A stretch of 10,255 nt of DNA from NCBI RefSeq assembly GCF_006345805.1, contig NW_021827466.1:1-10255 (forward strand), in the 5' to 3' direction. This DNA comes from Octopus sinensis (lineage: Eukaryota). The position numbers and the translations under genes are program-made. Below, one piece after another: positions 1 to 8,213 of this stretch. The notes under the pieces are model-generated. The model made no database searches. It was given only the letters and a program-made list of their open reading frames with translations, and was not told the DNA's origin. Every line of letters begins with the position of its first letter. Positions within the stretch are counted from its first letter, which is position 1.

Positions 1-129
1 AAAAATGAGGTGATGCGTGTGACAGAACAGAAAGTATATTGAATGACATTCTAAAATTAATCAATCAGCGAAGAATAATTGTTTATTGCTGATATAGTTC
101 AAAGATGCTCTGTGAAAGAGAAAATGGAC

Positions 130-460
130 TTTGTAACATTCATGCCTCACCAGATCTAATAAGCATTTCGTTTTGTGTTTAAATTCTTTTTATCTTCGAA
201 AACAAAGAAACTATCCCCATAAGCTATGTGGAAACGGATGCTGCACCGATGCTTGATTGCTTCCGTCATCTGTCATAAACACTGGTGCCAATTAATGCTT
301 GGTTTCTACTCTAAGCTCAAGCCATCACATTTGGCATGTTCACTTGTCGCTTCTGGTAGAATCACTGCGGGACACTGAATGTCTTGGTTGATGTTTTATA
401 TGGTGGTAATGTAGAAAATGTGGTAATGTTACAGATAATAGGTTAGCATACAAGCTCGTG
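130..460 (-). pseudogene. Possible highly degenerate Mutator/MULE-type transposase fragment
   Basis: Manual minus-strand translation gives LAPVFMTDDGSNQASVQHPFPHSLWG*FLCF (PVFMTDD at 265-285). It is preceded in another frame by PAVILPEATSEHAKCDGLSL. This resembles the MULE P-x-x-F-M-T-D-D...FP...LC segment, but stops and frameshifts make it weak. Confidence 0.3.
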
Positions 461-1017
461 ACAACTTTGATATTTGCTTTTTTAATGTCTTGTTGCTTAT
501 TTTTGTTGAAGTTACATTTTTATTGACGTTTATTTTCTTGTTATATTGTTAAGTTTCAGCACTCCTCGAACACTCTTATGACATGTTTCAGGTCTTTTCA
601 AATGTTTGTTTAAGACACACCGGATATTCCACGTTGACATCCAGTTTGAAGTGCATCAGTTATCATTACCCGACATGAAATGCTGGTTGGTCGTAGGATG
701 TAAAGTGAAGCATTCAGAGTATCTTACAGTTATTATGCAATGAGGCCAGCAAAGTGAGTTGTGTTATTGTCCAGTCTGTTCTTGTATGCCTGAAGATATG
801 TGTTTCTCTAAGCAGTGTAAGCAAACGTTTTGGAGGGTGTTTACAGTGAGTATTGAAATAAGATGCAAATAAACTGTCATGGTTTGAAACATTTTAAACT
901 CGTCTAACACTATGGTAAATAAAAAAGAATTATAAGAATGCAAAATATTTTTTTCTTCGTGGGAATAATGAGGAGAGAAGTAAAATATTTCACTAATAAT
1001 TCTGGAATGGTATAGAC

Positions 1018-1180
1018 CAGTGGTTCCCAACCCTTTTATTTAAATGGTTTTTCCCACGGATCCTTTTAATATACTCATCCTAATATATATATATATATAT
1101 ATATATATAATGAAATTTTGAATTTAGTTCACGGAGTCCCAGTACATGAAAGCAGAGTAAGTCCAAAAACCTGCTCTGCT
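1018..1180 (+). mobile_element. hAT (Charlie/Buster-type) transposon end or MITE remnant
   Basis: CAGTGGTTCCCAACC at 1018-1032 matches the Charlie-type TIR. It is preceded by GTATAGAC (1010-1017), similar to the nTCTAGAn target preference. Two CACGGA-like subterminal motifs follow. No clear matching right TIR or second TSD was found, so the right boundary is a guess. Confidence 0.4.
1083..1109. repeat. (TA)n microsatellite
   Basis: Direct reading of the sequence. Confidence 0.97.
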
Positions 1181-1312
1181 AGGGACAACTAGGATTTTGA
1201 GAGTGATACTTGGATGTTGAATATCTTCCACGATAATTAACAACCAAGTATCAAAGGTTATAATGTGCAAAAAAGAATCAGAGCAAACAAGACCGAGCGC
1301 TCTAAGAAGTAA

Positions 1313-1520
1313 AACAACAACAACAACAGCAGCAGCAACAACAAATGTTAGCAGCAATGTTAATGAAATAATAATTGTAACAACAGCAGCCAATAACAAT
1401 AGATATGGTAGTAACAGCGACAGCAGAAAAGGCAACAACAATAACGACGATAACGGAGAAGAAAGTAATAACATCGGCAAAACAAACCAGTAACTCCATC
1501 AACAACAACAGTAACAATAG
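1313..1520. repeat. Degenerate (AAC/AGC/AAT)n low-complexity tract
   Basis: Runs of CAACAACAGCAGC and AATAAC. These explain the overlapping poly-T/N/L/V/C ORFs at 1124-1590. Confidence 0.85.
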
Positions 1521-1589
1521 CAAGGTCCCCCCTCCCCACAAGAACATATAGACTATCTATAGAAGGCAAGCGAACGAAACTGTAGGACA

Positions 1590-2150
1590 TCGATGATTTA
1601 TGAATATTGAAGGGAGAAGTGTGGAGCTAGAGCACGTTCTTAAAATGCTCACTGTTAGGAAGACGCATATGTTTAGCTGTGAGAATCGGAAAATTCGTCG
1701 CTTGGAGACGGTCACAAATGCCTGAATAGAAGGGATCTCTCAAAGGTATATGACATAGTATTGAACATATATTTAGGATGAGGCAGTTCAGCGGAGTCGA
1801 AGTCCTATTTAAGACTGAGCCCTACGCAGTAAAATATCCAGTGCTCGCTCTCCACAAGGAGGGGTTCGCTCTTTTCCCATCAGCTAGATCTCTGCTGGAT
1901 CCTGCCTAGCGGAGTATTGGAGGGAAGTGAAACTCTACTGGATATGAAAAGAACGTGGTGGGAGTACTGATTTGAGACTACATTGGAGGTCTTTCTTTAT
2001 GTAAAGCCATGGAATCTGGACAGGATCCAAGACCTTACTTCTATGCCAAAAGGGGAAGAACTAAGGGTGATTACGGATGGCAGACGACCAAGATGCCAGG
2101 TGTATGTAAACTTGGACCATCTCAGAGAACGGAAAGATGCACCTCACTGC
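1590..2150 (+). pseudogene. ORF1 (gag-like) remnant of the LINE
   Basis: Translations FRMRQFSGVEVLFKTE (~1770-1820) and MEVFLYVKPWNLDRIQDLTSMPKGEELRVITDGRRPRCQVYVNLDHLRE (ORF 1983-2216). The RVxxxGRRPRCxxxxxxxHL segment looks like an eroded zinc knuckle of L1/Tx1 ORF1. It lies upstream of the APE remnant. Confidence 0.55.
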
Positions 2151-2159
2151 CGCCGATAT

Positions 2160-2400
2160 CATCGCTGCAACTATGAGAAAAGTGAACAACAACAGAAGCA
2201 GTATGAACATGAGTAACAAGGATAAAATATGAGCTACAATAACAGCATCTCGACCAACATCAACAGTAACAACAGTTATAGTGACTACGAAAGCGCGTAC
2301 AACCGCAGCAGGAACTGTGGAAGCAGTAACAAGAAATTATCAACATCCACTTCAGTTTTGTGAGCAGTAGCAACTGAGGACGGAGAAAATAAGACTAAAA
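2160..2400. repeat. Degenerate (AAC/AGC)-rich low-complexity tract between ORF1 and ORF2 remnants
   Basis: AACAACAACAG, AACAGCATC and CAGTAACAACAG motifs. Confidence 0.6.
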
Positions 2401-3060
2401 AGCAATAATCATTTACGGGAAATCTTTGATCAGCACTCTCTTTGTTTCTCTCACTTTTCGTTGCTTTGAAAAGTCGTCAATCTCAAGATTCAAACTGTCC
2501 AGCTGCATACGGACGGAAACTTTGTTGTCCTGGACATGAACAGTAGTGAAGAATAAATCTTTAAATCAGCACCTGTCTACGCCTCCACAGGGGCGGGGCA
2601 ACTAGATTCCTTCAAATGTCTGTAGATTTTACTGGGAACATTCCGCTCTGTTGTGTTAGTGAGCTAGGGTTAGGGTTAGGGTTTGTGCTGAACGTGCACA
2701 AACCTCGGCAAGTAACTAATACCTTCCCATCTGTCTAATAGATAACAAATGTATTTCCTGTTTGCACCATTTTGATAGTCCATATTATATTTAGACAGTG
2801 TATTCTGTAGGCCAGCATGTAGGGAGAGAATAGGTTGTCTAGAATGCAACTTGCTTGGCTTCACAGACCACAAATTTGCAGTGTGTATGATCGATGTAGA
2901 CAGGGTTTAAAAGCAGATATAAGGTATCCGAAATTTGAACGCGTCCTTCTCAAAGTACTAAGATTACAGGAACCGGATTAGTGAACTGGTTAAACTGCAA
3001 ATGACGGAATCAGTTGTCAACAAAGGATTGGAAAGAATCTTGAAAAGGGTTATTAGAGTC
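2401..3060 (+). pseudogene. APE endonuclease domain remnant (LINE ORF2 N-terminus)
   Basis: One frame (codons starting at 2401) reads LL*KVVNLKIQTVQLHTDGNFVVLDMNSSEE*IFKSAPVYASTGAGQLDSFKCL*ILLGTFRSVVLVS, then YLDSVFCRPACRERIGCLECNLLGFTDHKFAVCMIDVDRV*KQI*GIRNLNASFSKY*DYRNRISELVK. This retains VYA(P) (2575), YLD (2788), (S/T)DH (2863-2871) and the (WK)LN-S motif of L1/Tx1 endonucleases. Confidence 0.85.
2665..2682 (+). repeat. Short telomere-like tract (TAGGGT)x3
   Basis: CTAGGGTTAGGGTTAGGGTTT at 2664-2684, inside the APE remnant. Confidence 0.8.
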
Positions 3061-3164
3061 TATAAAGAAATTATGAGGGCAAATTCAAAAGTAGAAGGAG
3101 CAGAACCTAGAAAAGTTGCTAAGGAAAGGAAACGGAGCTGATATATTGGTATTGAGAATGGAAC

Positions 3165-3750
3165 TTGACCAACGCGAAATACGAATGGTGTGTTGTGAGA
3201 GAAAGAGTGCGTGGTCTAAGACATGATGGAACAAAAACCATTCTATTGGCCTGTGTTATAGAGGACCAACAAGACAAGAAAACTACAGTAAGTGATCTAA
3301 TTGGTCAAAGATGGCGGGTGCTACTCGCTTCCAAGCTGATATGTACAGTTTGGGACAGTTGACATGTTAAAGATAGAGGAGAATTTTACCGCCTACTTTG
3401 ACAACCTTCTGGGGCTCTTGGCGACGGATTCATGGTTTTACGGAAGACCGTTAAGGGCTAATGAGATACAGGAATCAATAGCTGGTTGCACGAGAGAATT
3501 CGATGGGGCTAGATGGCTTGTCCAACAATCTTTATCTTCATATGCCAGACATATTCGGGCATATGATGTACTGGTATGTACTGAGTTTGCGATATCTCCA
3601 GCTATTCTATGACGGTCGGCAGGTGCGGTTGCTCTTTGTAAAACTAACTATTTTAAAGGATATCTCTTTGACAGAGCTGCAGGCCAAGATTAACCGTAAA
3701 CTGGAGCCGAGCGCCAGTGATTGAGGGCTCACAGCTTTCTGCCTATAAGG
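3165..3750 (+). pseudogene. ORF2 linker and reverse-transcriptase N-terminal remnant
   Basis: KYEWCVVRERVRGLRHDG (G-x-x-VR-x-R linker motif), FTAYFDNLL, PLRANEIQESIAGCTRE, and after a frameshift GLDGLSNNLYLHMPDIFG (3506 onward; the SPGLDGLPxExY motif). ISLTELQAKINRKL resembles ITLLNxxxKILAKxLAxRL. Confidence 0.85.
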
Positions 3751-3789
3751 AATGCACACGGTGGAGTCTTTACTATGACGTTCTTTAGG

Positions 3790-4230
3790 GGATAAGTGGC
3801 CGGTAAAAGCGATGATGTGATTAGGGACACTAGGGCGTCTATGCGAATCAACCAACTGGTCAGTTCTAGAGGACTTTTGGTTCAGGGTCTATGAATAATT
3901 TCAAGAAATTACTAGCCTGTCAGTGCTCGCGGGGTGAGTTGCCAGTTCTGGATAAACTCTATTGGCAATTCTCCCTGGTAGCGCCATCATCTGCACCTGC
4001 TCGATGTGTGTAGAGAGTGACGGGACCGTCCTGCACACGTTCGAAATATGCTTGAGCATTGGCGAATCGCGGAGTTATGTCGATGATGAGATGATTAGCC
4101 GATTGTGATGAATACCCCACCGCTATACTTTGGCCGTAAAGAACAGGAAGGTTTCTCTATCTGGTGGCTACAATCAAAGAGATTGTGCGTTGGATGAACC
4201 TGAAAGAACTGTAGACGGACACTTTCCTCC
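3790..4230 (+). pseudogene. ORF2 C-terminal region with cysteine-rich (zf-RVT-like) motif
   Basis: RTFGSGSMNNFKKLLACQCSRGELPVLDKLY (RGxLPVxDKL, 3930-3962). CSMCVESDGTVLHTFEIC at 3998-4051 is C-x2-C-x8-H-x4-C. FLYLVATIKEIVRW follows at ~4152-4193. Confidence 0.8.
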
Positions 4231-4663
4231 AAGGAACATCACTTTTCTGGTGTTCCTTGATTTACCTATTGGGGAATTTTACTGTTATAATTTTCTTCTT
4301 AATCATTATTGCCGCTTTTTAAAAATCGCTTATGCACCCCCTTTTTTTTGTATTTTACAAAATTTTTCCCGCGGCCCTTGTGGCCAATAAAGCAAGTATT
4401 ATTATTATCATTATTGATGTTGCTGTTATCATCATCTTTATCATTTTCATCCTTTTGCTCTTCCTTATCGTGATCATCATCATCATCCATACTGTCCCTT
4501 TTAAAATCTTGCCGATGTTAACTTTGAATTCCGCACCTCTGTAAACAATAAAATAATGTACCAATTAAATGCAAGGTCGATTACATTAGTTACCTCCCTT
4601 GCCAAGAGAAAAAAAAACTTCATTCTCTGTCCCTATGTTAAAAATATCTATTGTAGCTGTAGC

Positions 4664-4664
<1 letters not shown>

Positions 4665-4711
<47 letters not shown>

Positions 4712-4713
4712 TA

Positions 4714-4754
<41 letters not shown>

Positions 4755-4782
4755 TATATCATCATCATCATCATCATCATCA
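4665..4782. repeat. Compound (TTA)n-(ATC)n microsatellite
   Basis: Direct reading. It produces the poly-I/Y/L/H ORFs 4556-5045. Confidence 0.97.
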
Positions 4783-4785
4783 ATA

Positions 4786-4897
4786 TTTACGTTCTGAGTT
4801 CAAATCCCGCCGAGGTCGACTTTGCCTTTCATCCTGTTGGAGTCGATGAAATTAGTACCTTCCCTGAAATTGCCGGCCTTGTGCTAAAATTTGAAAT
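4786..4897 (+). mobile_element. 5'-truncated tRNA-derived CORE-type SINE fragment
   Basis: Pol III B-box GAGTTCAAATCC at 4796-4807, followed by GCCTTTCATCC...GTCGATGAAATTAGTACC (CORE-like). The 3' end GGCCTTGTGCTAAAATTTGAAA runs into an ATT tail. It resembles an abundant octopus SINE as I recall it (not database-checked). Confidence 0.7.
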
Positions 4898-4938
4898 CAT
4901 TATTATTTTCTTGATCATCACTATTATTTCCATCACCT

Positions 4939-4940
<2 letters not shown>

Positions 4941-4970
<30 letters not shown>
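4941..4970. repeat. (CAT)n microsatellite
   Basis: Direct reading. Confidence 0.95.
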
Positions 4971-4971
<1 letters not shown>

Positions 4972-5129
4972 TCGCTAACAACATTATCATCTATGCAATT
5001 CCACATTCAAACACAAATAATCATACATATATGTATATATATTAAGATATTTAGCAACACAGGCGCGTTCTCTCCTACTCTCTCTCTCACCATTACTCTC
5101 ACTTCTACCTCTCTCTTTCTTTCTCTCTG

Positions 5130-5130
<1 letters not shown>

Positions 5131-5162
<32 letters not shown>
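5131..5162. repeat. (CA)n microsatellite
   Basis: Direct reading, preceded by a CT-rich tract. Confidence 0.97.
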
Positions 5163-5165
<3 letters not shown>

Positions 5166-6029
5166 TGATGTATACATGCTAACTTTCCATAAATTATTTC
5201 TATCTGCTATTTCTAATGATACAAGACGTGTTGGAGAAGGAATTATACGAGGAAGGAAGTAAGGAACGACAAAACGAAGTGGGGGGAGGCTCGGTCGTTT
5301 TGTGGGGAAAGAATCTTTACAATACAATAAAACCGTGCTACAGTGCTACAATTTATTAGATTTATACGTGGAACAGTTATAATTGTTATTAGACGGGTTA
5401 AAATGGCGTCTTTTATCGCACGCATCTCGTTGACACGTTGATGTATCGGTTTGTCATCTAATTGAACTGTGCACTCAACCATAAAGATCTGTCTCAACTT
5501 GTCGATAATTTATGCATCAATCATGGGCGCAATAGTTCTCCTGCTCTTCAGAATCAGGTGAATATGATTGCGCAGCGATGCATGACATGCGCAGATGAAT
5601 CTTCGCTTTTCACCACGCTGAATGTGACAGACATCTTGTGATCGCAGCTGATATTTGTTTTTATTGTTTTCCACGGTTCGTGGAATCGAGGCAATTCACA
5701 GATTTTACGGGATCGAATAGAGTTTATGTGTAGAACATAAACCTGCTTCATTTGGAGAAATTGGAAGGCCATTACATTTCCATATCAAGGATATTTTTGG
5801 TGTAGATCAAACACATTAATACTGTGTAATAATTAATAATGTTATATGAAGGATCTGTTTGTACGGAAGTGATATGGTCTATTGAATCGACCTCGGTTAT
5901 GTTTCTGGTCTTTATTTTATCAATCCCAGTGAGATGAAAGTTAGTCTATTCCGATGAGATTTAAACTCAACCTAGGAAGAAATAAATGTAATGTATTTTA
6001 ATCAAGAAACCATATGTATACGCAAACAG

Positions 6030-6290
6030 ACACACACACACACACACACACACAAGCACACACTAACAAACATACTCAAACACATGTATGTATATACATA
6101 TATATTCATATACATGTATATATATATAATATTTATAATATTTATATATATATAATATATATATAATAATATATATATATATATCTTGCCTGCATTCACA
6201 ACCACATGCGTGCAAGAACCTGCACACACTCACATGCACACACACACACACACACTCATACACACTCACAACCACACATACACATATATA
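6030..6290. repeat. Compound (CA)n/(TA)n/(TACA)n microsatellite region
   Basis: Direct reading. It produces the YIYI/CVCV ORFs 6002-6275. Confidence 0.9.
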
Positions 6291-6488
6291 CTTTGTTATA
6301 TCATAGAAGTTGCTGTGGCGTCGTCTACAAATGTTCAGAATACTCTACCCTTCATGATCTGATTCCACTTTAAGCTAATCTCAGAAAGAGCCTTCATCAC
6401 TAAGTGGATAATCCATTAGATGTTTAGGACACGTTTTGAGAAAATGCAGAGATAAGTAACTCTTATGAAACAATAAGAAAGCCACTTA

Positions 6489-6570
6489 GTGGCTAATAGA
6501 TGTGCTAGAAATATCAGCCAGTACTCCCTGAGATGGCACGCCACAATCTTAATAAAAGAAAAAGTAGCTT
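6489..6570 (+). mobile_element. Possible diverged fragment of another interspersed (SINE-like) repeat
   Basis: GTGGCTAATAGATGTGCTAGAAATATCAGCCA...CTCCCT resembles a recurrent octopus repeat from memory only. No internal diagnostic motif. Confidence 0.3.
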
Positions 6571-6626
6571 TTATCTTTTACTTGCTTCAGTAAAAGATAC
6601 TTGGGGGAACGAAGACAGACACAAAG

Positions 6627-6638
6627 ACACACACACAC

Positions 6639-6670
<32 letters not shown>
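6627..6670. repeat. (CA)n-(TACA)n-(TA)n microsatellite, left flank of the ribozyme-bearing insert
   Basis: Direct reading. Confidence 0.95.
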
Positions 6671-6671
<1 letters not shown>

Positions 6672-6925
6672 ATACTAAGCAATAAGGGTTTAGCAACGAG
6701 TTGCCTTACCACATACCGATTTAGAAATAGCAGTCAAGGGTTATAGCATTTCTTCTACTAAAAAGGGAGAATCTCAGTAAAAACAGCATTTGTCTGCCTT
6801 CCAAATGCTGTTTTTACTGAGATCTCCCTTTTTAGTAGAGAAATAGCTATAACCCTTTGACTGCTATTTCTAAATTCGGTATGTGGTAAGGCAACTCGTT
6901 GCTAAACCCTTATTGCTTAGTATTA
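6670..6925. repeat. Long near-perfect inverted repeat (arms 6670-6792 and 6802-6925, 9-nt spacer TCTGCCTTC)
   Basis: TAATACTAAGCAATAAGGG...CAGCATTTG is the reverse complement of CAAATGCTG...CCCTTATTGCTTAGTATTA. The differences I found are single-base indels. Confidence 0.97.
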
Positions 6926-7219
6926 CTTAATTTTCCTCGAATGAGGCTTTTACATGCCGAAGACTACTTGGTGTAATTGATAATTTTTCCAAATTAATTA
7001 ATTTCACCCTTCATTATTACGGATAACCATATTTTATCTCAGTAGATGACCACAGCATCTTGTTTTGGCTACACGCGGGGGGAAGGGGCTGTTGACACAA
7101 TCGTTTCATTCACAAATTGAATTCGGTGATACCGGTTGCGGATTCTAGCTCGCTCTGATACTGAGTTGAGTTGGTTGCCTTCTGGTATCTCAAAATTCAA
7201 TATATAATCATTTATGATA

Positions 7220-7338
7220 TAGTATTCTACGCTGAAGAGAAAAGAAGTTTCGGTAAGATAGAATTATTTAATATTTAATATTTAATTCTTATGCTTTCCT
7301 ACAAACTTGATTTCGAAACGTACGTCCGTGGATAACTA
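7220..7338 (+). ncRNA. Type I hammerhead ribozyme, copy 1 (predicted cleavage after C7326)
   Basis: Stem I UCUACG (7226-7231) pairs with CGUGGA (7327-7332), extended by UAGU/ACUA. Core CUGAAGA is at 7232-7238. Stem II opens with G7239-C7314 (GAAA/UUUC, then AAGUUU/AAACUU). GAAA is at 7315-7318, stem III is palindromic ACGUACGU (7318-7325), and the GUC triplet is at 7324-7326. Confidence 0.88.
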
Positions 7339-7816
7339 AAAAATGTTATGATAGATTGCAGTCAATTCATTCTCTCTTACCTGTTTTGTGTCTGCCTTCC
7401 AAATGCTGTTTTTACTGAGATCTCCCTTTTTAGTAGAAGAAATAGCTATAACCCTTTGACTGCTATTTCTAAATTCGGTATGTGGTAAGGCAACTTCGTT
7501 GCTAAACCCTTATTGCTTAGTATTACTTAAATTTTCCTCGATGAGGCTTTTACATGCCGAAGACTACTGGTGTAATTGATAATTTTTCCAAATTAATTAT
7601 TTCACCCTTCATTATTACGGATAACCATATTTTATCTCAGTAGATGACCACAGCATCTTGTTTTGGCTAACGCGGGTGGGAAGGGGCTGTTGACACAATC
7701 GTTTCATTCACAAATTGAATTCGGTGATACCGGTTGCGGTTCTAGCTCGTCTGATAACTGAGTTGAGTTGGTGCCTTCTGGTATCTCAAAATTCAATATA
7801 TAATCATTTATGATTA

Positions 7817-7933
7817 TCGTATTCTACGCTGAAGAGAAAAGAATTTCGGTAAGATAGCATTATTTAATATTTATATTTAATCCTTATGCTTTCCTAAAAA
7901 CTTGATTTCGAAACGTACGTCCGTGGATAACTA
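7817..7933 (+). ncRNA. Type I hammerhead ribozyme, copy 2 (predicted cleavage after C7921)
   Basis: UCUACG (7823-7828) pairs with CGUGGA (7922-7927). CUGAAGA is at 7829-7835, stem II is closed by G7836-C7909, GAAA is at 7910-7913, ACGUACGU at 7913-7920 and GUC at 7919-7921. All core nucleotides are identical to copy 1. Confidence 0.88.
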
Positions 7934-8213
7934 AAAAAATGTATGATAGATGGCAGTCAATTCATTCTCTTACCTGTTTGTGTCTGCCTCCAAATGCTGT
8001 TTTACTGAGATCTCCCTTTTTAGTAGAAGAAATAGCTATAACCCTTTGACTGCTATTTCTAAATTCGGTATGTGGTAAGGCAACTCGTTGCTAAACCCTT
8101 TATTGCTTAGTATTACTTAAATTTTCCTCGAATGAGGCTTTACATGCCGAAGACTACTTGGTGTAATTGATAATTTTTCCAAATTAATTAATTTCACACC
8201 TTCATTATTACGG

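Larger units (their letters stand above)
1590..4230 (+). mobile_element. Decayed, internally deleted L1/Tx1-clade non-LTR retrotransposon
   Basis: Collinear remnants on + in the expected order: ORF1-like segment, APE endonuclease, linker, RT N-terminus (GLDGL), then C-terminal CCHC motif. Many in-frame stops and frameshifts. Confidence 0.85.

Noticed and set aside
1124-1590. Four overlapping ORFs of 76-118 aa
   Set aside because: They are translations of an AAC/AGC/AAT low-complexity tract (poly-T/N/L/V/C) with no domain signal.
4299-5327. Cluster of ORFs with poly-I/Y/H/L/D and HTHT runs
   Set aside because: Produced by ATT, ATC, CAT and CA microsatellites.
5400-5760. Possible RTE-type RT remnant on the minus strand (EAGL, KICELP, HLRMS, QLDDKPI)
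   Set aside because: The motif resemblance is faint, the spacing is too short, and no catalytic ADD is present. It needs a profile search.
6398-6494. Small inverted repeats (CACTAAGTGG / CCACTTAGTG; AGCCAC-TTA-GTGGCT)
   Set aside because: Too short to exceed chance in 10 kb, with no TSD or other transposon signal.
6785-6810. Missed SMRTbell adapter as the cause of the palindrome
   Set aside because: The spacer is native unit sequence (TCTGCCTTC), not adapter, and the inverted arm stops after 123 bp at a TA tract. Other chimera types are not excluded.
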